56,967 bases of DNA from an uncultured Clostridium sp. (GCA_946545015.1 CAMNMV010000003.1:1-56967), one strand, 5' to 3'; positions 29,033 to 41,130 are shown, counted from the first letter of the stretch. A program made the numbers and translations. The notes: generated by a model from the sequence alone, not told the origin.

Positions 29033-29061
29033 ATCATACAATAATATGTAAAAAATATCAA
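29033..29061 (-). promoter_or_regulatory. SigA-like promoter of the pilin-like operon
   Basis: TTGATA-17-TATGAT. Confidence 0.55.
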
Positions 29062-29124
29062 GAATTTTTGGAAAATTAAGCTTTATTTTTTGATATTTTT
29101 TAAGAATTTTATATATTTTTATTA

Positions 29125-30366
29125 TTAAACTTTTTCATATAATAATTTAATATATTTATAAACACAATTTGCCCAATTTTTATCTGTAGCATATCTTTTA
29201 TTTACACCATTTACAGTTGCTCCATTATAAAATGTCCCTTTTGCTCGTTCGCCACCAAATATGCTAGTTCCTGCAGGATTTAAATAATATTTGGTTAATA
29301 CCCTCGCCATCAAGTCTATACTTTCTGCATATGTATTAAATGTATATGCTCCATTGTATGGATTTGAATCATATGCTCCATATCCAAATAAATTGTTCTT
29401 ATCTTTAGCAATTTTAGAAGTCCCCCATGCACTTTCATGTATTCCAATTGCTGCAACAAAAATACCATTAATATTATATTGTTTTTCTATATAATAAAAA
29501 TACTCTGCATTTTTCTCAAAAATCTTATTTACATCTTTTGGATCACTTAGTACTTTTTTAAATTGTTCCAAACTTAATCCACTTGGTTTATTTAAACTCA
29601 TATTCATATTTAATTCTTTTAATAATTCAGCTTTTGTTCTTTGATTTGCTAGTTGAGTTTTATCATTTGGATTTAAATAAGTTGCATTTAATTGTTTTAT
29701 CCATCCTGTTGTAGATGAACTTGATATTCTATACCAATCATTTGCTATTTCTAAAATCTTAAGTTCTTCATTTTTTGCTAGCACTGTAACTTTTCTAGAT
29801 GAATTATTAGGTTCACTCATTATTTCAGCTCTATCTGATGTAACGTAAATTTTATCTCCAACTTTAGCTTTGTAATCATATGTATAATTTGCAGTACCTA
29901 TTTCCACAATTTTATCTGCTGAAGCTTTAATAATCCTACTTCCCATTATTTCTTGTTTTACGTTTTTACCACCTACATAAATAGTTTTTATAGAATACTG
30001 TTGTATTCCTTCTCTTCCTTCTTGTACTACTTGAATTGTTCCTTTTGGCAATTCACTATTTTCCCTATATCTTGTCATAAATTCTAAAGTTTCTTCTTTA
30101 ATTTCAATTTCTTCTCTTGTAGATTCTTTGTTATTTTTCTTTATTATTTTATATATATCAACATCATCAGCTTTACTTATTTTTATATTTGAATTCTCTA
30201 ATTGTTGATTTTCTTCATTAGCATTAGCTTGCTTTGCATATGTATTATTTCTAGTCACTTTGACATAAATTATTATAGAAACTACTATAATAACACTAAT
30301 TATTGCTATATATATTATTTTTTTACCATCTATCTTACTTTTTTGATTATTTTCGTTTATTTTCAT
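29125..30366 (-). CDS. Cell-wall hydrolase: TM + G5 + SH3b + GH73 glucosaminidase
   Basis: LPKGTIQVVQEGREG..IVEIGT (G5), WYRI..TGWI (SH3b), HESAWGTS, NNLFGYGAYD, YATDKNW; ATG 30366. Confidence 0.88.
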   Translation of the reverse strand: MKINENNQKSKIDGKKIIYIAIISVIIVVSIIIYVKVTRNNTYAKQANANEENQQLENSNIKISKADDVDIYKIIKKNNKESTREEIEIKEETLEFMTRYRENSELPKGTIQVVQEGREGIQQYSIKTIYVGGKNVKQEIMGSRIIKASADKIVEIGTANYTYDYKAKVGDKIYVTSDRAEIMSEPNNSSRKVTVLAKNEELKILEIANDWYRISSSSTTGWIKQLNATYLNPNDKTQLANQRTKAELLKELNMNMSLNKPSGLSLEQFKKVLSDPKDVNKIFEKNAEYFYYIEKQYNINGIFVAAIGIHESAWGTSKIAKDKNNLFGYGAYDSNPYNGAYTFNTYAESIDLMARVLTKYYLNPAGTSIFGGERAKGTFYNGATVNGVNKRYATDKNWANCVYKYIKLLYEKV

Positions 30367-30516
30367 ATTATTATCACCTATATCAATTTTAATATTTGTA
30401 TAAAAAAAAGTCAATTTAAATATTTGGTAAAATTAATATAAATTATTATATAAAAATAATTGATTAAAATTAGTTTTTGTAATATATTAATACTATCAAA
30501 CTAAGGAGGAAATATT

Positions 30517-31314
30517 TTGAAAAGAAAAACAATTATATCTATTATTTTATTAGCATTCTTAACACTTGTTTTAATCATACTTTCAAGTACAGTTCTAGGA
30601 AGACTTTGTACAAGTTCTAAGTGTGATAATTCAATTTTTGATTTTGCTGATAAAAATGAAAATGTGATTTTTTCAATAAATAAATGTGTATTATTTAATA
30701 ATTGCAATGCAAAAAATAAAACTAGTTCAATTTCTAATTTTACAATTGAAAACTTGTATCAATATACTGATATTGCCCTTTTTATTAATAATAATAGTAA
30801 TGAAAACACACTTGAAAATACTTTAAAAAGTGTAAAAATAAACAATCTAAAATTTTTAGAAGAGCCAAGTATTGGAAATCAAAAAATTTTTTATAAAAAT
30901 ATTAATTCTTTTGCTGAAGGATTAATTCCAGAAAATAACATTTTTGAAGATGAATTAGTTTTCAATATAAGTTCAAAAGATAATGAAGATTTATCTACAC
31001 CTACTCTTTACAACAATTGTGCTAATCCAATAGTTTTAAGTTATATAAATGAAAATATTAAATCAGATTATACTATAGCAGATACAACTTCCCCAATCAC
31101 TTATGATGGTTCATTACTAAAAAAATGTGGAGTTCTACTTAATTCTTTAAAAACAAAATTTTCATTTGATATTTATATAACTAATAACTTAAATCAAGAA
31201 TTTAAATGTACTATTTATATTGAACCACCTATTGAAACAGACAAAACTTCACTTTATGATGGTGCAATAACTCTAACTCAAAATACAAACTATAATTTTT
31301 ATAGATATAAATAA
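30517..31314 (+). CDS. Hypothetical exported/membrane-anchored protein
   Basis: AAGGAGG RBS, TTG start, N-terminal hydrophobic segment. Confidence 0.75.
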   Translation: MKRKTIISIILLAFLTLVLIILSSTVLGRLCTSSKCDNSIFDFADKNENVIFSINKCVLFNNCNAKNKTSSISNFTIENLYQYTDIALFINNNSNENTLENTLKSVKINNLKFLEEPSIGNQKIFYKNINSFAEGLIPENNIFEDELVFNISSKDNEDLSTPTLYNNCANPIVLSYINENIKSDYTIADTTSPITYDGSLLKKCGVLLNSLKTKFSFDIYITNNLNQEFKCTIYIEPPIETDKTSLYDGAITLTQNTNYNFYRYK

Positions 31315-31378
31315 AAAATTATAATAATTTATTTTAATTTAATAATAAAATCATTATTAAAAATTAAATTAATATGAT

Positions 31379-31419
31379 AAAAAACAACCCACAAAATAAA
31401 TTTTGCAGGTTGTTTTTTT
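31379..31419. terminator. Bidirectional terminator
   Basis: aaaaaacaacccacaaaa...ttttgcaggttgttttttt between convergent genes. Confidence 0.7.
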
Positions 31420-31470
31420 GGTAACTTAGAGTAATAACGCAGAATAATAGTTTTTCATATAATTGTGAAC

Positions 31471-32934
31471 TTAGATATTATCTCTTATGATCATATCCTC
31501 GTTCTTAGGCCCTACGCCTATGTACTTTACCTTGCACTTAGTGATTTCTTCTATCGTTTTGATAAAGGTTTTAGCAAGTTCCGGTAATGAATCATAGGTA
31601 GTCATGTCTTTGGTGATCGTCCAGCCTCCATCAAAATCATCTTTGTACTTTGGAGTAGGAATTTCACCTGTGGTGTTGATATTATCAGGATAGTAATCAA
31701 TCTCCTGTCCCTGATAGTCGTAAGCATTGCAGATTTTGATTTTGCCATACTTTTTGCCCATCATTCCGATAGAATCTATGCAGTTAATGCACAGATAATC
31801 GGCTCCTGATTTTTCAACAGAATTTTTGAGCAGAATGCCATCAAAGGCTCCTGTTCTTCTCGGACGTTTTGTTGTCGCCCCATATTCACCGTTTTCATCA
31901 CGATAAATATCACCTTCTAAAGCTTCTTCTTTCTTGTAAGGAATAAGCTTTCCGTTAGCGTCAATATGTGATTCAAACTCTGTTGGGAATATTCCCTGCC
32001 CAACCTTTGAGAAATATGCTTTGGCAATAAGAATTACCTCTGTAACATCTTTATGGTTGAGATGAGCTCCTGAAAGTGTTCCAAGTGTATTTGCATCTGA
32101 ACTTGTAACCATCGGATAATGGCCTTCCTTCAGACTAAGGCATACCGACTGAGCACCTTCAACTACGATTGTGTTTGCAGGATTATTAAGAAATCCCTGT
32201 ACAAGCTGATGCCCGTTTACAATCGCCTTAGAAAACTGTCTTCCATACTCATGGTACTTAATAGCCAGTTTCTCAGGATGTACGAAGAAATCCATGTACT
32301 CTGCCCACTCTTCGTCTGTGAACATCGAATTGGTATTCTTCTTCTGCCAAGCATCATATGCATCAAACAAAGGCTTGTGCAGTGAAAGAACTTCTCCGAT
32401 TTTTTCTGTAAGCTCTCCTACAGGAAGCATCAGATCATAGACTTTGAGTCCAAATCTTGTTGTTTCATCTGCATATGCCGGGCCAATTCCCTTTGCAGTT
32501 GTTCCAACCTTCTTCAGTCTCAGCCACTCATGGAGTTTATCTAAAGCCTTATGATACGGAAACAGTACATTAGCTGTACCAGAAATCTTAAGTCTCTCCA
32601 TGACATCTTCGACTCCATACTCATAGATCTGCTTGATTTCCTCTACAAGGATATCATAGTCTACAACCGTTCCCTGTCCTATGAGGCATATTGTCTTGGG
32701 ATTTCCAATTCCTCCCGGAACCAGATGTAATGCAATTTTTTTGCCGTTTATATAAACGGTATGGCCTGCATTGGCTCCACCTGTAGCTCTGATAACAAGA
32801 TTTGCAATTGTCGCATAAAATGCAGCAACTTTTCCCTTGCCTTCATCGCCCCAGCATCCACCGATTATTACATATACCCGAGCCCTTCCTCTGTCGGATC
32901 CTATAACAACCATCTTCTGTTCTTTTGCACTCAT
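31471..32934 (-). CDS. purA: Adenylosuccinate synthetase (divergent, GC-richer than host)
   Basis: WGDEGKGK, GGANAGHT, GTTAKGIGPAY, EGAQ, YPMVTSS, EYGATTKRPRR; ATG 32934 after AAGGAGG. Confidence 0.92.
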   Translation of the reverse strand: MSAKEQKMVVIGSDRGRARVYVIIGGCWGDEGKGKVAAFYATIANLVIRATGGANAGHTVYINGKKIALHLVPGGIGNPKTICLIGQGTVVDYDILVEEIKQIYEYGVEDVMERLKISGTANVLFPYHKALDKLHEWLRLKKVGTTAKGIGPAYADETTRFGLKVYDLMLPVGELTEKIGEVLSLHKPLFDAYDAWQKKNTNSMFTDEEWAEYMDFFVHPEKLAIKYHEYGRQFSKAIVNGHQLVQGFLNNPANTIVVEGAQSVCLSLKEGHYPMVTSSDANTLGTLSGAHLNHKDVTEVILIAKAYFSKVGQGIFPTEFESHIDANGKLIPYKKEEALEGDIYRDENGEYGATTKRPRRTGAFDGILLKNSVEKSGADYLCINCIDSIGMMGKKYGKIKICNAYDYQGQEIDYYPDNINTTGEIPTPKYKDDFDGGWTITKDMTTYDSLPELAKTFIKTIEEITKCKVKYIGVGPKNEDMIIRDNI

Positions 32935-33109
32935 ATTCGCGTCCTCCTTATGCAATTATTCTTGTGTCGTGCGATTAACATTAAACTATTGCTCTGCTAC
33001 TCTGCTAACTTAGCTATAAAACTATCATTAGTAAAGCTACCTAAGCATTTGCGCTGGGCTTATTATATCACGCATATATAATTTTATCAATGTTTTATGT
33101 TAATAAATT

Positions 33110-33148
33110 AATAGAAGCATACTACAACAAGTGTAATATACTTCTATT
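33110..33148 (-). terminator. Terminator hairpin of the small Cys-rich gene
   Basis: AAUAGAAGUAUAUUACA/UGUAGUAUGCUUCUAUU stem. Confidence 0.65.
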
Positions 33149-33212
33149 ATTACTAATAATAATTTATTTTAATCTTCTTTTGCACTATTTATCTTTAGTT
33201 ATCTTATGGAAA

Positions 33213-33329
33213 TTAGCAACAACCTCTATTGTTACCGCAGCAGCAACAAATTAATAATATAAGAATTATTATCCAGCAGCAGTTATCATCACCGAATCCA
33301 AAACCTCCGCATCCTCTGTTCTCTGGCAT
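33213..33329 (-). CDS. 38-aa Cys-rich small membrane peptide, probably spore-associated
   Basis: Hand translation MPENRGCGGFGFGDDNCCWIIILILLICCCCGNNRGCC*; AAAGGGGGG RBS; below the ORF-track cutoff. Confidence 0.8.
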   Translation of the reverse strand: MPENRGCGGFGFGDDNCCWIIILILLICCCCGNNRGCC

Positions 33330-33387
33330 AGTTTAGCCCCCCTTTCGAAAGAAGTTTTTCTTTCTTTTGTTGTTCCTTTGTATGATA

Positions 33388-33417
33388 TATAATATGAGGA
33401 TGCATTTTTTTTGTTAC
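33388..33417 (-). promoter_or_regulatory. SigK-like sporulation promoter
   Basis: GTAACA-15-CATATTATA matches the ACA...CATAnnnTA consensus. Confidence 0.55.
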
Positions 33418-33446
33418 AAATTTATCAAAAAAAAAATAGATGATTA

Positions 33447-34334
33447 TTAATCATCTATTTCAAAACCATCTTTTTTTGAAGCATCATCTTTAGAATCCTC
33501 CTTTTTAGCGGGATTCATAACTATTTTGTTTCTATTATTCCTTATAATTTGATTTTCATATATATCAGGTTGTTTTCCAATTGATATAGTCCATCTTCCG
33601 ATTTTCTTTTTTTCTATTATTCCATATTTTTTATTTATTTTTTCTTCAAATTCAGGTATCAAATCTTCAAATCCTAGTTTCTTTAATTCCTTTCGTATTC
33701 CCATTCCTTCGATATATACATATATATCTTCATCTTCTATCACTTTTTTATCTAACTTTTTAATTAATGAATCTATAATATTAGATTTTAAATTGTAATT
33801 TAAAACTTTTTCGCACCTTACATTATAATCATCAATTTCTTCTAACACTAAGCTTTCATCTACTTTATTCAACTTATTTTTAGGTTTAGGTTTAAACAAA
33901 CTTTTAATTTTATCTACAATACTTGGACTTTTTATATCTATATATTTACTACTTGGAGATTTATGCCCTTCAATAATACCTGAAATTAATGATAAATCTC
34001 TATTTCCTTCATTAACATTTTCAAATATATCATCTGTAATAGCGCTTCTTATATAAGGCATATTCTTTTCTGTTAATAACCCTACTTTTTTTAGTTCTTC
34101 ATCAATCTCTTCTACCTTTTCATATGCAATTCCTGATAACCTTGGTAACTTATCTACTATTTTTATATTTTTTTCTTTTTGATTTCTATGTATTCTTTCT
34201 TTTTCCATTTCTTCTAAATGGAATTCCATTGAAATCTTTTGATAAATATAATTGTAATCCTTAAAAGTCTTATTATGTTGTTCTATATAGTCTTTAAAAG
34301 TAGCTTCAATTTTTCTCTTTGTTTTGTTTTTCAT
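33447..34334 (-). CDS. Hypothetical Lys/Glu-rich protein
   Basis: 295-aa ORF, AAGGAG RBS, no recognisable motif. Confidence 0.7.
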   Translation of the reverse strand: MKNKTKRKIEATFKDYIEQHNKTFKDYNYIYQKISMEFHLEEMEKERIHRNQKEKNIKIVDKLPRLSGIAYEKVEEIDEELKKVGLLTEKNMPYIRSAITDDIFENVNEGNRDLSLISGIIEGHKSPSSKYIDIKSPSIVDKIKSLFKPKPKNKLNKVDESLVLEEIDDYNVRCEKVLNYNLKSNIIDSLIKKLDKKVIEDEDIYVYIEGMGIRKELKKLGFEDLIPEFEEKINKKYGIIEKKKIGRWTISIGKQPDIYENQIIRNNRNKIVMNPAKKEDSKDDASKKDGFEIDD

Positions 34335-34361
34335 TAATGCTCCTTTTTGAAAATAATAATT

Positions 34362-36044
34362 CTATCTTTTTATTTTATTTGTAGTTGTTTTATCAAATTC
34401 TTCTTTTCTTATCTCAATTTCAGATATTCTTTTATAAATAGGTAATTCTTTTGTAATTTCTCTAATGTCTAATTTTAATTTTTCGTGAATATCATCTACC
34501 TTTAATTCTTCAACTTTTTCTTGATTTAAGAATACCTCAGCAATAAGCGCAGTTTCTTGCCCCAATTCATTTTTCTTTCCTTTTACTATAACTTCTTGAA
34601 CATATGGAATTCTTGATATATACACTTCAATTTCTTCTGGATATACATTTTTACCATTATCCAAAACAATTAAGTTTTTCTTTCTTCCATTTATAACAAG
34701 TTGCCCTCTTTCATTAAAGTGTCCATAATCTTCTGTGTTAAACCATCCGTCTTTTAAAACTTTATCTGTTCTTTCTTTGTCTTTGTAATATCCCATCATT
34801 ACGATATCACCTTTAACACAAACTTCCCCGTCTCCATTTTCATTTACATTTTCAAATTTTATTTCATTACATGGTAATACTACCCCAACAGTATTACTAT
34901 CATTAAATCCTTTTCTATTTACACTTACTAATGGAGAACATTCAGAAATTCCATATCCATTATATAACTCAATTCCAATATCATTAAAAAATTTTCCAAC
35001 ATCAGGACGAATTGGTGCACTACCACATATAATTTCTTTTAGATTCCCCCCAAATGCATCATATATTGATTTAAATAATTTTTTTCTTAAATCAATTCCT
35101 ATTTTTAATAATGCATTACTTATTGGTATTATTTTCTTCAATGTTTTTGCTTTTCCTGTTTTTTCAGCATTTGCCCATATATTTTTATAAAATACTTCTG
35201 TGAATGCTGGAACTAAATAAATATAATCAGGTTTAAATAATTGTAAGTTTTTCAATACATTTTTTAAACTATCGTTTATGCATACTGTAGTTTGTTTATG
35301 TAATGATATTATTGTCCCTGCTACTGATTCATAAGTATGATGATATGGTAAAACTGATAAACATTTTGTTTTTATTTCAGCTATTTGTAATCCATAATTA
35401 GCAACACTAATTAAGTTATGTTCTGTAAGCATAACACCTTTTGGCTCTCCTGTTGTTCCAGATGTGTATACTAGCATTTTTAAGCTATTTGGATCACCTT
35501 GTAAATCAGTAAATGATGTATTTCCTGCTTTTAATTCTTTTCTTCCTTCTTCTTTGAATTTATCGAATGATAAAATATTATCTGATATGTCTTCTTTATT
35601 ATTAAATCCAATAAAATATTTTATTTCAGGAACTTGTTTTTGAATCTCACTTATCCATTTTTCATATCTTCCTGAATAAAATAATACTTCACTATCACTG
35701 TGTTTTAATACTTTAATTATTCCTTCTATTGTTAATTCTTTATCTATTGGAACAAGTACTCCTGTACTTTGCATTACTGTTATATATACGTTAATCCATT
35801 TATAACTATTTTCTCCAATTACAGCTATATGTTTATCATGCATTCCAATTTTAGCAAGAGCTGTTCCTAAGCTTTCTGTTTCTTCTTTAAATTCTTTATA
35901 TGTTACATGTACTATTTTTTCTTTATCATTTTCATCTTTAAATTGATATGCATCTCTGTCTGGCACTTCTTTTGTAGCATATTGTAATAATTCTTTTACT
36001 GAATTAGCCATTCTTACTTCTTGTAATTTTGGATTTTTCTTCAT
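34362..36044 (-). CDS. Long-chain fatty acid-CoA ligase (AMP-binding)
   Basis: YTSGTTGEPKGV, LPYHHTYE, NGYGISECSP, NGKNVYPEEIE; ATG 36044 after AAGGAG. Confidence 0.9.
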   Translation of the reverse strand: MKKNPKLQEVRMANSVKELLQYATKEVPDRDAYQFKDENDKEKIVHVTYKEFKEETESLGTALAKIGMHDKHIAVIGENSYKWINVYITVMQSTGVLVPIDKELTIEGIIKVLKHSDSEVLFYSGRYEKWISEIQKQVPEIKYFIGFNNKEDISDNILSFDKFKEEGRKELKAGNTSFTDLQGDPNSLKMLVYTSGTTGEPKGVMLTEHNLISVANYGLQIAEIKTKCLSVLPYHHTYESVAGTIISLHKQTTVCINDSLKNVLKNLQLFKPDYIYLVPAFTEVFYKNIWANAEKTGKAKTLKKIIPISNALLKIGIDLRKKLFKSIYDAFGGNLKEIICGSAPIRPDVGKFFNDIGIELYNGYGISECSPLVSVNRKGFNDSNTVGVVLPCNEIKFENVNENGDGEVCVKGDIVMMGYYKDKERTDKVLKDGWFNTEDYGHFNERGQLVINGRKKNLIVLDNGKNVYPEEIEVYISRIPYVQEVIVKGKKNELGQETALIAEVFLNQEKVEELKVDDIHEKLKLDIREITKELPIYKRISEIEIRKEEFDKTTTNKIKR

Positions 36045-36182
36045 AATAAATCTCTCCTTTGAATTCATAAATCAATCTATAAATTCCTTAAATTTTCTTA
36101 AGTATATATTTTTTTCACTATTTAGTCAATAAAATATAAAAAACAATAAAAAAAAAATGTAGTTGATATAAACTACATTTTA

Positions 36183-36258
36183 TGGTGGCTCGAAGTGGAA
36201 TCGAACCACTGACACGGGGATTTTCAGTCCCCTGCTCTACCAACTGAGCTATCGAGCC
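36183..36258 (-). tRNA. tRNA-Phe(GAA)
   Basis: GGCTCGATAGCTCAGTTGGTAGAGC...CTGAAAA...GTTCGATT...GAGCCACCA. Confidence 0.97.
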
Positions 36259-36283
36259 AAATATTATTTCTATATAAAAAAAA

Positions 36284-36360
36284 TGGCGACCCGGAACGGG
36301 CTCGAACCGTCGACCTCTAGCGTGACAGGCTAGCGTTCTAACCAACTGAACTACCGGGCC
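36284..36360 (-). tRNA. tRNA-Asp(GTC)
   Basis: GGCCCGGTAGTTCAGTTGGTTAGAAC...CTGTCAC...GTTCGAG...GGTCGCCA. Confidence 0.97.
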
Positions 36361-36376
36361 ATATTTTATAAAAAAA

Positions 36377-36452
36377 TGGTGGTCGCTATAGGGCTCGAAC
36401 CTATGACCCCCTGCTTGTAAGGCAGATGCTCTCCCAGCTGAGCTAAGCGACC
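36377..36452 (-). tRNA. tRNA-Val(TAC)
   Basis: GGTCGCTTAGCTCAGCTGGGAGAGC...CTTACAA...GTTCGAG...GACCACCA. Confidence 0.97.
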
Positions 36453-36471
36453 ATTTCTTTCGACGTTTTTT

Positions 36472-36500
36472 AGTATACTAGATTTTTTTAATGTTGTCAA
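36472..36500 (-). promoter_or_regulatory. SigA promoter of the tRNA operon
   Basis: TTGACA-17-TATACT. Confidence 0.8.
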
Positions 36501-36546
36501 TACATTTTTAAAATTTTTTTTAATTTTTTTGATTTTTAAAGAATTT

Positions 36547-36580
36547 TTTAAGGACGAAGTTATTTTTCTTCGTCCTTAAA
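36547..36580 (-). terminator. groEL terminator
   Basis: tttaaggacgaag-N8-cttcgtccttaaa. Confidence 0.8.
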
Positions 36581-36585
36581 AGATA

Positions 36586-38554
<1,969 letters not shown>

Positions 38555-38565
38555 TTAAAATTTTA

Positions 38566-38592
38566 TTAGCACTCATTGTGTTTGACTGCTAA
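38566..38592. promoter_or_regulatory. CIRCE element (HrcA operator)
   Basis: TTAGCACTC-N9-GACTGCTAA (1 mismatch), just downstream of TTGACT-17-TAAATT (38622-38594). Confidence 0.92.
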
Positions 38593-38697
38593 TAATTTAT
38601 ACCCGTTAGCGTAAAAAGTCAATACTTTTTTCATATTTTTCACATAAAGTTCACAAATCTATTATATGTACAAACAATACAAAAAAGAACTGATAAA

Positions 38698-39459
38698 TCA
38701 GTTCTTAAAATCTTCTTTATATGATGCCATTTTCCAAGCTTTTAAATTTATTGGTTCTACATGTACTCCACAATAATCACAATTTCCTGCTCCAAGTCTT
38801 CTTAATGGTGCTCCACAGTTTGGACAATGTACTCCAAATGCCTCTTTATCATATCCTACTTTTTGTTCATCATAAACATATACAAATTCACAAGTATATC
38901 TTGTTTGTTTTTTTACATCTTCGTAATTTGTGTCTTTTTTTACATTGCTTTTATAATAATATTCCACACTTGAAGATGTTGTTATTGTTGCTTTTCCATG
39001 TTTTTTTTCATAATTTTTTATAGCATGTCTATTAAATGCAACTTGATCATACTTTATTTGAATATCTTGATTTTTCATATCTTCTACTATATCTTGCATT
39101 TTTGACCACATCAAAACTAAATCTGGATCTTTAACAATTTCTTCTGCAGAATGATTTTCAATTCCTGTAAATATTTTTCTTAAGTTCTTTTCAATTAATG
39201 AAAATAATACATCTTTATTAAAATCTGAAAAATCTCTTAATATTGGTTCTTCTAATAATTTAGTCATTCCACTTACATCTTTAGGTCTTGCATATTCTTG
39301 TTTTTTCAGGTCTTTTGCATATTTAAATGCATCTTTCACATCCCTGTATACATTTCCTCCAAATTTAACTCTTACTATTATTAGTATCAAAAAAATAATG
39401 AAAAAAATTACTGCTATTATTCCAAAAAAAGCACCTAATAAGCCCCATATAAAGCTCAT
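38698..39459 (-). CDS. Membrane-anchored protein with Tim44-like region and C-terminal zinc ribbon
   Basis: N-terminal TM; CPNCGAP...CDYCG. Confidence 0.7.
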   Translation of the reverse strand: MSFIWGLLGAFFGIIAVIFFIIFLILIIVRVKFGGNVYRDVKDAFKYAKDLKKQEYARPKDVSGMTKLLEEPILRDFSDFNKDVLFSLIEKNLRKIFTGIENHSAEEIVKDPDLVLMWSKMQDIVEDMKNQDIQIKYDQVAFNRHAIKNYEKKHGKATITTSSSVEYYYKSNVKKDTNYEDVKKQTRYTCEFVYVYDEQKVGYDKEAFGVHCPNCGAPLRRLGAGNCDYCGVHVEPINLKAWKMASYKEDFKN

Positions 39460-39477
39460 ATTATTTCTCCTTCTCTA

Positions 39478-41094
39478 TTATTTATTTTTTAATTCTTTTG
39501 CTGCTCCAACTAATCCAACAAATAATGGTGATGGACTATTAGGTCTAGATTTTAGCTCTGGATGAAATTGTCCTGCTATGAAGAATGGATGATCTTTTTG
39601 TTCCATTTCAACTATTTCAACTAAATTTCCATTTGGTGATGTTCCTGAACAAATTAATCCAGCATTTTCTAATCTTTCTTTATAACTATTATTGTATTCA
39701 AATCTATGTCTATGTCTTTCTGAAATTTGAGTTTCTCCATATAACTTATGTGCTAAACTTCCTTCTTTGATTACACATGGATATGCTCCAAGTCTCATTG
39801 TTCCACCTTTTTTATCTATTCCTTTTTGTTCTTCCATAATATGTATTAAAGGATTTTTAGAATTTTCATCAAATTCTGCAGAATTTGCATCTTCTATTCC
39901 TAATACATCTCTTGCATATTCTACAACTGCCATTTGCATTCCAAGGCATATTCCTAAAAATGGTATTTTATTTTCTCTAACATATTTTATTGTTTGTATT
40001 TTTCCTTCTATACCACGATTTCCAAATCCGCCTGGAACTACAACTGCTTGTATATCTTTTAATTTTTCTTTTACATTTCCTTCATTAATTGTTTCTGAAT
40101 CTATTAATTTAACCTCAACTTTTACATCATTTGCAAATCCTGCATGATATAAGCTTTCTATTACTGATATATAAGCATCTTCAAGTCTAACATATTTACC
40201 AACAATAGCAACTTTTACTTTGTTATCTTTATCTATGTTTCTAATCTTTTCTACTAATGCTTCCCATTTTGAATTGTCTGGAACATATTTATCTAATTTT
40301 AAATGATTACATACTTCTTTAGCCAATCCCTCTTCTTCTAGCATTAATGGTACAGCATATAAGCAATCAGCTGTCTTATTTTGAATTACACTAGTTTTTC
40401 TTACATTACAAAATAGTGATAATTTTTCTCTTACACTTGTTGGTATATCTTGTTCTGTTCTACAAACTAAAATATCTGGTTGAACTCCTAAACTTTGTAA
40501 TTCTTTTACAGAGTGTTGTGTTGGTTTTGATTTTATTTCATTTGAACCAGAAATATATGGTAATAATGTTACATGTATATATAATACATCTTCAGGATTT
40601 TTTTCTAATCCAACTTGTCTTATTGCTTCAATTATTGAAAGTCCTTCAATATCTCCAACAGTTCCTCCAACTTCAGATATAACTATATCTGTGTCAGTAT
40701 CCTCAAAACTATATATTCTATCTTTGATTTCATTTGTTATATGAGGAATAACTTGTACTGTTTTTCCTAAGTAATCTCCTCTTCTTTCTTTTTCAATTAC
40801 ACTTGAATATATTTTCCCCATTGTAACACTTGAATTATGAGTTAGATTTTCATCTATAAATCTTTCATAATGTCCTAAGTCTAAATCTGTTTCAGCTCCA
40901 TCATCTGTTACAAATACTTCCCCATGCTCATATGGATTCATTGTTCCTGGATCCACATTTATATATGGGTCAAATTTTTGTATTGTTACTTTATATCCTC
41001 TGTTTTTTAACAATCTTCCTAATGACGCTGCGGTTATTCCCTTTCCTAATCCTGATACTACTCCACCTGTTACAAATATGTATTTTGTATTCAT
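39478..41094 (-). CDS. pyrG: CTP synthase
   Basis: [42 protein letters not shown]. Confidence 0.98.
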   Translation of the reverse strand: MNTKYIFVTGGVVSGLGKGITAASLGRLLKNRGYKVTIQKFDPYINVDPGTMNPYEHGEVFVTDDGAETDLDLGHYERFIDENLTHNSSVTMGKIYSSVIEKERRGDYLGKTVQVIPHITNEIKDRIYSFEDTDTDIVISEVGGTVGDIEGLSIIEAIRQVGLEKNPEDVLYIHVTLLPYISGSNEIKSKPTQHSVKELQSLGVQPDILVCRTEQDIPTSVREKLSLFCNVRKTSVIQNKTADCLYAVPLMLEEEGLAKEVCNHLKLDKYVPDNSKWEALVEKIRNIDKDNKVKVAIVGKYVRLEDAYISVIESLYHAGFANDVKVEVKLIDSETINEGNVKEKLKDIQAVVVPGGFGNRGIEGKIQTIKYVRENKIPFLGICLGMQMAVVEYARDVLGIEDANSAEFDENSKNPLIHIMEEQKGIDKKGGTMRLGAYPCVIKEGSLAHKLYGETQISERHRHRFEYNNSYKERLENAGLICSGTSPNGNLVEIVEMEQKDHPFFIAGQFHPELKSRPNSPSPLFVGLVGAAKELKNK

Positions 41095-41130
41095 TTTATT
41101 CCTCCTAAAACCATAATTAATTTTGCAAAC

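Noticed and set aside
31471-32934. PurZ (2-aminoadenine DNA pathway) instead of PurA
   Set aside because: The catalytic Asp of GDEGKG is retained (PurZ has Ser) and no dATPase, MazZ or phage polymerase is nearby.
32935-33060. Purine riboswitch upstream of purA
   Set aside because: The conserved aptamer core is not recognisable.
36118-36345. 75-aa ORF
   Set aside because: It overlaps tRNA-Asp and tRNA-Phe.
36183-36452. tRNA-anchored genomic island
   Set aside because: No duplicated tRNA 3' end or integrase was seen in the window.
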